Sequence record: MT701590.1
Direction: 5' to 3' (one strand)
Length of the DNA: 64,000 nucleotides
Source of the DNA: Klebsiella phage Miami
The position numbers were made by a program, and so were the translations under genes. Position 1 is the first letter of the stretch, and each line of letters opens with the position of its first letter. Shown here piece after piece: positions 8,896 to 17,085 of this stretch. Below the pieces are notes generated by a model that was not told the DNA's origin, made no database searches, and was given only the letters and a program-made list of their open reading frames with translations.

Positions 8896-9414
8896 ATGAA
8901 AGTCGTTAGATTTGGGAACCTGACCGTTAATAAAGATAACAAGCTGGAGATAACACAGTTTAATTTTTCCAGTGAGTCCAACGGCGAACCCGTCACACCG
9001 GCTGGTATGGTGAAAGCTATTGTCAAATGGCTAAACAGTCATGTCGGGAACACCGATGGGATGTTCAACCCCATCAAAGACTTAAACGGAGTCCCGCTTA
9101 TCGCAGGAGTAAATATCCCAATTGATCAATCCAAGTTGGTTATGCCTAAAAGTGTGGCTTTAGCCGAACTGGATCCTCCTGTTTTTAGCACCAACGAATA
9201 TACGTTCCTGGAAGTAGAGGAACGCGTTTATCAGCTCATAGCGATGCAAATAGGAATAACGCTCACTACCGAAATGGGTGTCATTCCTGGCTCGGTTGAA
9301 CTGATTGATGTGGATGACTCTCGTCCACATCCCGACAATGTCGTAGGTTACTGCCTGACATTAGAAAATCCACCGCGGTATTTCTTGAAAGTTAAGAATA
9401 AAGGAGTTCGGTAA
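8896..9414 (+). CDS. hypothetical protein
   Basis: 172-aa ORF. Confidence 0.5.
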   Translation: MKVVRFGNLTVNKDNKLEITQFNFSSESNGEPVTPAGMVKAIVKWLNSHVGNTDGMFNPIKDLNGVPLIAGVNIPIDQSKLVMPKSVALAELDPPVFSTNEYTFLEVEERVYQLIAMQIGITLTTEMGVIPGSVELIDVDDSRPHPDNVVGYCLTLENPPRYFLKVKNKGVR

Positions 9415-10199
9415 TGTTAGAGACCCAGCTTAAAGATCGCCTGACCATCCTGAACACTTTCGAATGGTTTACCTACTTCTGGAATAAATTCGAGGAAGGC
9501 ATGTATGATGTAAGGCGAACCATGCATAGCGCTTCGGTTGCGATTAATAACGGAGATTGCGCGGTAGCCGCTTTAGCGGTAAGTTCCGTTTTGAATCGTC
9601 GACTGGATGTTGACGTTGGAATGGCTCGCAATACTCTTCACGCCTGGGTCACTATCGGTAACGATATCTTCGATACCGAATACCCCACAGGACACGATAT
9701 ATCAAGTTTTAAATCTAAATGGGGCGATCGTATCAGTGAGGTGGTTTTAACACCTGAGACCCTCGTAGAAGAGTTTATGCCGTGCGATCTGGCAGGCGCT
9801 TATCTCGTAAAAGAATTCTGCGGGATAATGTGTGAACCGCATCCTAAAGAAATCGATTTTCTCCTGAATAATCCTACCGAATACGAATCACGGGAGGGCG
9901 TTCACAAAATCGAAAAGGCTATTGCGTTCGCAGTAGAGGAAACTCTGAAAGCTCGCCGGGCAGTAACCACCATCAAACACGAGTCTTACTTCACTGCTAA
10001 AGAAGCCACGATGGATCATGAACTCAAAGATCACGTCAGGGATATCTATTCCGGTATTCTGATCTGCGTACTGGTGGATAAGAACGATTACAAAGTGATC
10101 GGAGAGTCTTATCGCAAAGGACCAGAAACAGAACGCACACTACTGGCGAGATCAAGAGCCAAGTTTATCGCCCTGGATAAACTTAAAGACGTGGCGTGA
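9414..10199 (+). CDS. putative transglutaminase-like cysteine peptidase
   Basis: GDC...HAWV...D arrangement (NNGDCAVAALAVSSV ... HAWVTIGNDIFDTE) resembles the Cys-His-Asp core of the transglutaminase-like superfamily. Confidence 0.4.
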   Translation: MLETQLKDRLTILNTFEWFTYFWNKFEEGMYDVRRTMHSASVAINNGDCAVAALAVSSVLNRRLDVDVGMARNTLHAWVTIGNDIFDTEYPTGHDISSFKSKWGDRISEVVLTPETLVEEFMPCDLAGAYLVKEFCGIMCEPHPKEIDFLLNNPTEYESREGVHKIEKAIAFAVEETLKARRAVTTIKHESYFTAKEATMDHELKDHVRDIYSGILICVLVDKNDYKVIGESYRKGPETERTLLARSRAKFIALDKLKDVA

Positions 10200-10223
10200 T
10201 CATTCAATTTAGGAAATAAAATC

Positions 10224-11768
10224 ATGAACGAAGAAAATAAAATCGCGATCGTTTCTCATGGGGAGGTTGTTGAGTTTGATCCTAACAGTGCTGAGCATCG
10301 AAAGATTCTTGAGTCGGCAAATAGGAAACTTATAACGAACGAACTCTACCAGCGAGATTTAAAACGCTTTAAAGACCTGGTTTTGTTTTATCAAAGTGCG
10401 GTTAGCAAAGAAACCATCGATGATAAAATTGAGGAGTTCTTAAGGGCTACCGGGATAAGGTTGGACTATTCTGATCTGGCCATTTTTAACTATGGGTACC
10501 CGGACATAGATGGATACTTCGGTACTCTCTATAACCGCGCAATGGGGATTGAACCCCCTTCTGTGTCTGCTGATGAGAATCCGATAGTTGAACTGAAAGA
10601 AAATAGCTTAAAACCCCAACTCCCCTCAAGCCACACTGGCGGGGAATTATTGTACGATATTCTGCTTCGTAAATTTAACCGTTTCATGCAGAACATAACG
10701 ACCGAGCTTTTAATATTAGGGCGCGGAAGATCCTTAACAACGGAATGTCGGATTGAAACAAACATACTCAGAAAAATAGAGGGGTTTAATAAAGAAACGA
10801 ATCTGGGGCTGGATCGTGAGATCGTACAAAATTGCCCAATCGATGAAAATTTGCAAACTGGGTATTTTAATGTTCTTTTCGTAGGTCTAATTAAACGATC
10901 AGAAGAATTCAGAATGCAAACGATGCCTCTTTCAGAGAAAATAGGGTTTATCCAACCGAAATACGGTAAGGACGAGGGGGTTAAGGCGAATCCAAACATC
11001 CGTTTTTGGTACGATAAGTTTGGAGTGGGTCATGAGATACCTCCCAATAAACCCATGGAAGCAGGTAGTGTTAAACGGAATGAGGGTTGTGTTATGGCTT
11101 ATCAACCATACGGTAACGGGGGATCTGTTCCTTCTCCTGATCCCCGCGATGAAAGTGTAAGGAGTAAAGATACTGTTATTCAAAACAGCGTTTCAATTAG
11201 CCCCGGGAAAGTCAACATAGAGGTGCTTGAGGCAGCATGTCGGACAATGGCCGAAAGTATGAAAGTCATGCACCGCAAGCCCGTCTCTGATGAATTTCGC
11301 GATAAACTTTACGAGGCGCTGGCCGCCTTTTATCATCGACATCACTCTCTAGGAAATGCTTCAAGAGAGTTCCTGTACGGGGATGTTATTTGCATCGAAC
11401 GGTTTAAGCGCGAGTTTGGAATCGTTTTCTCCGCTAGGGACGTGGACGCTTTTCTTAATGGAGTTATGACTATCCCTGTGTTACTCGGCAAATACGTTAG
11501 AGAACGCCATCCCGGTGAAAAGAAAATCACAACTTACCCACAATACGCTTTAGCTCTAAACACATTAACCTCGTTATTGTGTTTGTTTCCCTCAAACGTA
11601 AGGACGAGAGAAGATATTGAACGTGCTAAAGCATTACACGTTCAATTCAATATTCGTTTTGACATTGATATGTCCGAAGAGGATTTTTTAGCGATTATCT
11701 ATCGTCATGGGACTCCCCGCCATTTTCTCAAAAAACACGCTACCACTGAAGCCACTAAAGGTGAATAA
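10224..11768 (+). CDS. hypothetical protein (514 aa)
   Basis: Long ORF with TTTAGGAAATAAAATCATG start context. Confidence 0.55.
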   Translation: MNEENKIAIVSHGEVVEFDPNSAEHRKILESANRKLITNELYQRDLKRFKDLVLFYQSAVSKETIDDKIEEFLRATGIRLDYSDLAIFNYGYPDIDGYFGTLYNRAMGIEPPSVSADENPIVELKENSLKPQLPSSHTGGELLYDILLRKFNRFMQNITTELLILGRGRSLTTECRIETNILRKIEGFNKETNLGLDREIVQNCPIDENLQTGYFNVLFVGLIKRSEEFRMQTMPLSEKIGFIQPKYGKDEGVKANPNIRFWYDKFGVGHEIPPNKPMEAGSVKRNEGCVMAYQPYGNGGSVPSPDPRDESVRSKDTVIQNSVSISPGKVNIEVLEAACRTMAESMKVMHRKPVSDEFRDKLYEALAAFYHRHHSLGNASREFLYGDVICIERFKREFGIVFSARDVDAFLNGVMTIPVLLGKYVRERHPGEKKITTYPQYALALNTLTSLLCLFPSNVRTREDIERAKALHVQFNIRFDIDMSEEDFLAIIYRHGTPRHFLKKHATTEATKGE

Positions 11769-11945
11769 ATGCAACCACTGATCAGCCTTAAAGAGTTAGC
11801 CAAACTCCTGGGTGTTTCCGTTAAAACCCTGAAAATTCGTATTAGCAAAGGTACTGTTCCCCAGCCTTTCGTTAGCGAGGGGAAAAATATGCGTTGGATG
11901 CGTTCTGACGTTGAACATCTCTTCTCTAAAGAAGAAGTCGTTTAA
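11769..11945 (+). CDS. AlpA/excisionase-family (HTH_17-like) small DNA-binding protein
   Basis: 58-aa ORF absent from the ORF track (<60 aa); LISLKELAKLLGVSVKTLKIRISKGTVPQPF...RWMRSDVEHLF fits the excisionase-family HTH pattern. Confidence 0.55.
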   Translation: MQPLISLKELAKLLGVSVKTLKIRISKGTVPQPFVSEGKNMRWMRSDVEHLFSKEEVV

Positions 11946-11946
11946 G

Positions 11947-11976
11947 TTGTAAATATTTACAGCCCTGTACTATTGT
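11947..11976 (+). promoter_or_regulatory. sigma70-like promoter (TTGTAA-18-TATTGT) overlapped by 14-bp perfect palindrome TGTAAATATTTACA (11948..11961)
   Basis: The palindrome overlaps the -35; element lies 40-70 nt upstream of 12020. Confidence 0.4.
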
Positions 11977-12019
11977 AATGGTTAACCGACCGTAAACTTT
12001 AATTAAAGGAAAAGAAGTT

Positions 12020-12301
12020 ATGTCTAAAATCAAACTGACCGAAGAACAACTCGCCACCCTGAATGGTTCGGAATCCTTCGTCGTCTCCGGCCTGGCTGCC
12101 GGCAAAGTCTCCCTGGCAACCGACGTGTCGGTCATCACCCTCGATCTCGATCCGGGTCAGCTGACCATCGGCCAAACCCTGAAGATCAAAGACGGCGTCC
12201 TCGTCACGGACAAAGCCCAGGAACAAAAGGCCGAAAAAGCCAAAGGTAAAAACAACCCGTCTCCGGAAATGGCGGCCAAACTTGCCGGCAGCGCCTGCTA
12301 A
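12020..12301 (+). CDS. small protein with host-like, GC3-rich codon usage (probably highly expressed)
   Basis: Strong RBS AAAGGAAAAG; codon usage (ctg, ggc, acc, gcc) unlike neighbours; followed immediately by a strong terminator. Confidence 0.55.
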   Translation: MSKIKLTEEQLATLNGSESFVVSGLAAGKVSLATDVSVITLDLDPGQLTIGQTLKIKDGVLVTDKAQEQKAEKAKGKNNPSPEMAAKLAGSAC

Positions 12302-12312
12302 GTTAAGGTAAA

Positions 12313-12357
12313 GTAGGAGGGGGGTTTCCTCCTCCTACTCCCTCGTGTTTATTTTTT
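12313..12357 (+). terminator. intrinsic terminator (GTAGGAGG / CCTCCTAC stem plus T-tract)
   Basis: Hairpin followed by TTTATTTTTT. Confidence 0.7.
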
Positions 12358-12934
12358 GGGAATTTCGTTAATGACCATAAAGACTCTTTCCGGGAGATTA
12401 TTTCTTAACCGAGATAAATCTAATCTCAACAGCGTAAGTTGGTCGGCTAAAGTCACCATTGTCGATTATGAAACGAAAAAGAAAGAAAAAATCCATAACG
12501 AGATTTTTGACGCTAATCTTACCATTCGTAAAGGGAATTCAAGCGTAGTCCTCCATACCAATAATGACGGGGTAGACAAAAATTTTGAATCTTTTTTGTC
12601 TAAGCTTCGGCTCATCAGCACTCACGTTCGTGATTTCGTTGAGCAATGCGAGATTAAGCGCAGTAAACCAACCCAGGTTAAAACCGAGCGCTACTGGTTA
12701 AATGACCCTGAAGGAATCGATAAATCATTTACTGGGTCACTGGTAAAGATATACGATACTTATAGCGACACCATAGAAATAAGTTCCTGTGAGCGATCAG
12801 CGCGTTGGTATATCAATAGTTACCTTAATCGAGGGAAGTCCGAGATTGGCGAACTTATTGTTTTACAGCGCGCCATAGATCGGCTCATTAGAGATATTGG
12901 TATTGTTTTAAAAGAGGTTAAAAATGGGGCGTAA
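12356..12934 (+). CDS. hypothetical protein
   Basis: 192-aa ORF; alternative start at 12371. Confidence 0.45.
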   Translation: MGISLMTIKTLSGRLFLNRDKSNLNSVSWSAKVTIVDYETKKKEKIHNEIFDANLTIRKGNSSVVLHTNNDGVDKNFESFLSKLRLISTHVRDFVEQCEIKRSKPTQVKTERYWLNDPEGIDKSFTGSLVKIYDTYSDTIEISSCERSARWYINSYLNRGKSEIGELIVLQRAIDRLIRDIGIVLKEVKNGA

Positions 12935-13343
12935 GAGTCACGGGGAAGATTATTCCGACGCAGAGCTTGATTTTATCGCAAGCGTAGCGCACAGCGTGCA
13001 ATGTGGGATAGACTATGCCTTTGGTCTACCGGAATTATATCAATGGGGGTTGATGGGAGAGGGGTATAAAGCCCAAATGAAAGCATCCGTCAGAGCCGTT
13101 CTGGTTCATGACAAATCACCAAAATCTCTCCATGGTAGTTGGCTTAGTCGACTAACCCAAGAAGGTTGGGTTCATGGAGAAGTAAAGGATGCGGAAAAGA
13201 AAACCCATCCGTTATTAGTTCCATTCGACGAACTTCCTATCGAATGGAAACTTCGTCTTCGTCAATTCCGAGCAGCAGTCATTCCTTTTAGAAAAACCAA
13301 AAATGCAGTGAGATCTAATCTCATTACCTTTTCAACAAAATAA
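12924..13343 (+). CDS. RyR (ryanodine-receptor-type) domain protein
   Basis: LHGSWLSRLTQEGWVHGEVKDAEKKTHPLLVPFDELPIEWKLRLRQF resembles the RyR domain consensus (HexW..GW..G....K.hP.LVPy.eL). Confidence 0.45.
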   Translation: MGRKSHGEDYSDAELDFIASVAHSVQCGIDYAFGLPELYQWGLMGEGYKAQMKASVRAVLVHDKSPKSLHGSWLSRLTQEGWVHGEVKDAEKKTHPLLVPFDELPIEWKLRLRQFRAAVIPFRKTKNAVRSNLITFSTK

Positions 13344-13367
13344 CCTCACTAATTTAGGGCTACGATT

Positions 13368-14111
13368 ATGAGCGAGAACATTCCTTACGTTTACCTTCCT
13401 TCCGACATCAAACACGATTCCGGCGTTGTTTTGAATCGCGATAAGATCAACCGTTCGAAAACGATCATTAAAACGTTGGGGGTCAAAATAAAAGACCACA
13501 ACAACACCGTAAAGATGTTTGATAAAGCGATGTCTGGTGAGCTTTATCAAACCAAGGAGGGGAGAAAATACCGTTCGGTAACCTTCAAGTTACACGCCAA
13601 GCGAAAGAAGGAACTTCTGGAAGCGCTTAAAGCGGAAGAGAAGGTATTACAAGCAATGAAAGAATTCGGCGTGATTCTTCAACAGAATATTTACGATGCT
13701 CAGTCGATGAGTTTCGCTCCTTTCCCTTTAAAAGATTTTCTCGACTCTAAAGCACTCGGCAGTATTCCGGGTAAATCTGAATTGCGGGATCTTCGTCAGT
13801 CGTTAACCAAATTAATTGAAGTGGATCCTGATGCGGTTATCTGGATTGCAAAAAGAAATCTGGACGGGGTTCCGGTTGCTTTTATCGCCGGGCGAGACAA
13901 AGGCGATGACGCCTTCGACATGTCTATTTTCTATTCACACACTGAGGATGCAGAACGGCATAATGAGGTAATGAAATATCTCATTAAGCGTCTAAAATCG
14001 ATAGGGGTCACCCCTATCAGTCTGATCTCGATTTCTCCTGATTTTAGTGCGGCTGGTCACGCAATGGAGAAAATGGGCGGGCGCATGACTTCGGCACAAT
14101 TTGACTTTTAA
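13368..14111 (+). CDS. hypothetical protein
   Basis: 247-aa ORF. Confidence 0.5.
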   Translation: MSENIPYVYLPSDIKHDSGVVLNRDKINRSKTIIKTLGVKIKDHNNTVKMFDKAMSGELYQTKEGRKYRSVTFKLHAKRKKELLEALKAEEKVLQAMKEFGVILQQNIYDAQSMSFAPFPLKDFLDSKALGSIPGKSELRDLRQSLTKLIEVDPDAVIWIAKRNLDGVPVAFIAGRDKGDDAFDMSIFYSHTEDAERHNEVMKYLIKRLKSIGVTPISLISISPDFSAAGHAMEKMGGRMTSAQFDF

Positions 14112-14123
14112 GGGTGATTAAAC

Positions 14124-14798
14124 ATGGGTGTAAATTCTAGAACGATGTCGCTTTCTTACTACAAGACAAAAACGACAGATGAAAAAGACGAGTTTCCTAT
14201 TGACTCCGATATCAATACTGTCATCTTTGATTTCGAAACCGCTTCGCTTGGCATTAATCCAGCGATCCTCAGTATGGGCGCGTTTGCTTTCGATCGGTTT
14301 AGTTTAGAAACCACACAACGTCGAATGAAGAATCCTCAGGATAAGGATACGTTTTATCGTAATCTTAATCTAAAGGAATCGTTCTTCTTGGGTTTCGACA
14401 TCTCCAAAGAAACCGGAGAATGGCATTACAAAAAGAACGGAACTAACCTCGGTAAGATGTTAGAAAACGAGGTTTCTCCCTACGCGGCCTTACGGGAATT
14501 CAAACGCTTCATCATGTCTTATCGCCGTAAGACCGAGGACATGGTTATTCTGATTCGTCGCACTCACGCAGATTACATTTGGTTAGAGAATCTGTGTAAG
14601 CGATTGGATACAGAGATGTTCCTCAGGCACAACGACGTGATTGACATCCCAAGCATCGTGTTTGCTAAAACAGGTGACGTCAAAGGGCATTACACCCTAG
14701 AGGAAAGTTTGTTTGAAGGCCTTGTAAGTCATCATGCGCTGACCGATTGTTATTTGGATGCGCTTCGCATTTGTTCGCTGTACCAAGAAACGAAGTAA
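14124..14798 (+). CDS. DnaQ-like DEDDh 3'-5' exonuclease
   Basis: Exo I motif VIFDFETASLG; Exo III motif HHALTDCYLDAL. Confidence 0.6.
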   Translation: MGVNSRTMSLSYYKTKTTDEKDEFPIDSDINTVIFDFETASLGINPAILSMGAFAFDRFSLETTQRRMKNPQDKDTFYRNLNLKESFFLGFDISKETGEWHYKKNGTNLGKMLENEVSPYAALREFKRFIMSYRRKTEDMVILIRRTHADYIWLENLCKRLDTEMFLRHNDVIDIPSIVFAKTGDVKGHYTLEESLFEGLVSHHALTDCYLDALRICSLYQETK

Positions 14799-14805
14799 AA
14801 ACGCA

Positions 14806-14840
14806 GAGGGGTTAACGCCCCTCTCTCTTATTTTGTCTTT
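14806..14840 (+). terminator. intrinsic terminator (AGAGGGG-ttaacg-CCCCTCT plus T-rich tail)
   Basis: Hairpin then CTCTTATTTTGTCTTTTTT. Confidence 0.6.
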
Positions 14841-14856
14841 TTTAGGAATTAACATC

Positions 14857-15153
14857 ATGGGTTTAGAATCTTTCTTTCGTCAATTACTAGATTGGCCTGA
14901 ATACGAAACACCATCGTACTTTATTAAAGACGGGGTATGTACGATTATAGACGGCGAAGACCAAATCAGTTTTCGCATAAGAGATATCAGCCGAATACGT
15001 TTGGTTAACCGCACCGTTAACCTCTACAGCCGCACGGGAATAGAGATCGCGTTCTACGGAAGGAAACCTCGCATTCACGTAGAGAGTTCTTCTGACTTTA
15101 AAGAGTATTTCGTTAAAATGATGTCCGATATCTTCGCTGGAAGGGAATGCTGA
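14857..15153 (+). CDS. hypothetical protein
   Basis: TTTAGGAATTAACATCATG signature; start chosen downstream of the terminator rather than the track's 14758. Confidence 0.4.
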   Translation: MGLESFFRQLLDWPEYETPSYFIKDGVCTIIDGEDQISFRIRDISRIRLVNRTVNLYSRTGIEIAFYGRKPRIHVESSSDFKEYFVKMMSDIFAGREC

Positions 15154-15716
15154 TGAAAAGTATCAAACGTAAGTACGTAACGGCTAACGAACTTAAGAAT
15201 AGTAAGTTCATTATCTTCGGGGAAATGCATACAACAGAAGATCGTGATGAAGTCGATTTTTTGATTCGACGGGCTCACACGCTAAAGCCGTTTAAAGTCC
15301 TCTTTAGTGAGGAATGCGGAAGTGAAGTGTTCCTCACACCTAATGCCATTAAGCGAGGACTGGCATTAGAGAAATGGTCAATCAGCGATCGTTCGTTTAA
15401 ATTAGCGTTAGAGCTCGGGTTACAAGTCGTAGGGTGCGATCTTTGGGATAAATCCGTTTACGCCTGGGATAAGAAAGACGAGAACGGAATCTACACAGAT
15501 TGTCGACGTAGCTTCGCATTAAGAGAGCAGTTTATGATCGATCAGATCATGGGGCTGTGCAACCCTAACAATCCACATGTGCGTGGCTGTATGATCGTAG
15601 GAGACAGTCACCTAAGGATGACAAAAAATCCCGTTATGGGGGATGCCAGTGCGCTTGGCAAGCTTGTTTATAATCGGGGGTTAATCCTTCGTAGTGACAT
15701 TGGGGAAGTGGCATGA
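15147..15716 (+). CDS. hypothetical protein with GExH motif (possible ChaN/Tiki/TraB-like fold)
   Basis: IIFGEMHTTEDRDEVDFL resembles the GExH signature of the ChaN/Tiki family; weak. Confidence 0.35.
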   Translation: MLMKSIKRKYVTANELKNSKFIIFGEMHTTEDRDEVDFLIRRAHTLKPFKVLFSEECGSEVFLTPNAIKRGLALEKWSISDRSFKLALELGLQVVGCDLWDKSVYAWDKKDENGIYTDCRRSFALREQFMIDQIMGLCNPNNPHVRGCMIVGDSHLRMTKNPVMGDASALGKLVYNRGLILRSDIGEVA

Positions 15717-16141
15717 GAATATTCTTAATTCAGGAAAATTTTTGTAGTCGTGAATTCTTTTCTCTTTTAAAGGATTACGGGGTTCCTAAGGGGAATCTGG
15801 ATACGAATAAGGATGGGTATATCTACGTTCGCACCGGGATAGAGCCAAAGGAAATTATCCGGCGAATTAAGCTGGCCGATAGTCGCAAAATGAAAGTTGT
15901 TTTCATTATTCCGCATTATCTCAACCAGAGTAAAGAGCTGTACGCGGCTCTCAAGGACGATGGTCACAATTGGGAGAATCACCTAAGCATAGTCGGAAAT
16001 CATTTGGAAGAAGCCGATTATGTTGATTTTGTCAGAGACGACAACCTCACAGATATTGTAAAGATCATTCAGCGCGTTAAAACTGAGTGGGGTCGGGTCA
16101 CCCATCCCGCTTATTCGTCTATTTTTGGTTCAGTTAACTGA
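15713..16141 (+). CDS. hypothetical protein
   Basis: ATGA overlap-coupled 142-aa ORF. Confidence 0.45.
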   Translation: MRIFLIQENFCSREFFSLLKDYGVPKGNLDTNKDGYIYVRTGIEPKEIIRRIKLADSRKMKVVFIIPHYLNQSKELYAALKDDGHNWENHLSIVGNHLEEADYVDFVRDDNLTDIVKIIQRVKTEWGRVTHPAYSSIFGSVN

Positions 16142-16155
16142 AAACCCAATACTCG

Positions 16156-16179
16156 CCACCTTTATGTTTAAAGGTGGAG
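16156..16179 (+). terminator. hairpin (CCACCTTTA-tgtt-TAAAGGTGG) without T-tract
   Basis: 9-bp stem immediately after the stop at 16141. Confidence 0.3.
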
Positions 16180-16201
16180 TGAGTAGAATAATTGGTCGGA
16201 G

Positions 16202-16630
16202 ATGATCATGAGACTATCCCAGTATAAAGATCTATTACAAAGTGTTTCGGCTGAGCCGATTCGGTTTAACTCTGAGTTCTACGAAAAAGTTATCCCTTTC
16301 CCTATTACAGGGAAAGACTCTACTAAGGCGCATTGGAGTTTGGTATTAAATCGCCCAGTTTCGGTAGAAGCGGCTTTCCTCAAATACGCGACTGGGGTCT
16401 TCGTTGATTTCGGGGAATACTTTACGATAAAGGAGCCGTTATCCTTAGCGGACTTCGTATTCCAATATAGCCGTAACGGCGGGTTTCAGTTAACGGAGTA
16501 TTTCACTCACTTTATTCCCGCCCCCGATATCACCAGCCCATACGGCTGGGCTACGGTATCACGTAACCCCTTAAATATTAAAGCGCACTACGATCTGTTC
16601 GTGGGGAACCCCAAGTTCATTAAAAAATAA
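16202..16630 (+). CDS. hypothetical protein
   Basis: 142-aa ORF with GGAG RBS. Confidence 0.45.
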   Translation: MIMRLSQYKDLLQSVSAEPIRFNSEFYEKVIPFPITGKDSTKAHWSLVLNRPVSVEAAFLKYATGVFVDFGEYFTIKEPLSLADFVFQYSRNGGFQLTEYFTHFIPAPDITSPYGWATVSRNPLNIKAHYDLFVGNPKFIKK

Positions 16631-16653
16631 TCACATATTTAATTGGAGGGATT

Positions 16654-17061
16654 ATGGCTAGATTTAAAAGACGCGGCGGTTACCGTTCCGATCATGGGCC
16701 GGAAGCTGAGTCCCTGAAGATAGAATTAATTCTCAATACGGGGTTGATTAACGAGCTTACAGAAGCGATAAAAGAGAGAAAATATTCAAGATTGCAACTC
16801 CAAATAGCTTACCACAATTACCGTCGGAGTCATTTAAATAAAACACAACCATTGACCGAATTGGAAAAGAACGCCCACATCGCAAAAATAGATCGGGTGA
16901 GCCGGATCCTTGCGGGGCTTTGCCTGCAGCATAAAGCCGCCGTCGGCAGACAAATCACCCTCAAGAGTCAATACCGAGAGGCATACACTGAGTATTATCG
17001 GGCTAACGGAATCAACACACATTTAATAATAGGGAGTTGGGGTTACATCCCGACCTCCTAA
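16654..17061 (+). CDS. hypothetical basic protein
   Basis: 135-aa ORF with GGAGGG RBS. Confidence 0.45.
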   Translation: MARFKRRGGYRSDHGPEAESLKIELILNTGLINELTEAIKERKYSRLQLQIAYHNYRRSHLNKTQPLTELEKNAHIAKIDRVSRILAGLCLQHKAAVGRQITLKSQYREAYTEYYRANGINTHLIIGSWGYIPTS

Positions 17062-17085
17062 GAAACCCTTTTAGGAACTAACATC

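Noticed and set aside
10529-11183. Minus-strand ORFs of 156 and 83 aa inside 10224..11768
   Set aside because: Embedded in a long plus-strand ORF with consistent start signature; low-complexity translations.
11999-12226. Minus-strand ORFs overlapping the 12020..12301 gene
   Set aside because: Antisense shadows of a GC3-rich gene.
14758-15153. Longer version of the ORF starting at 14758
   Set aside because: Would read through the terminator hairpin at 14806..14828; the internal ATG at 14857 has the conserved TTTAGGAATTAACATCATG signature.
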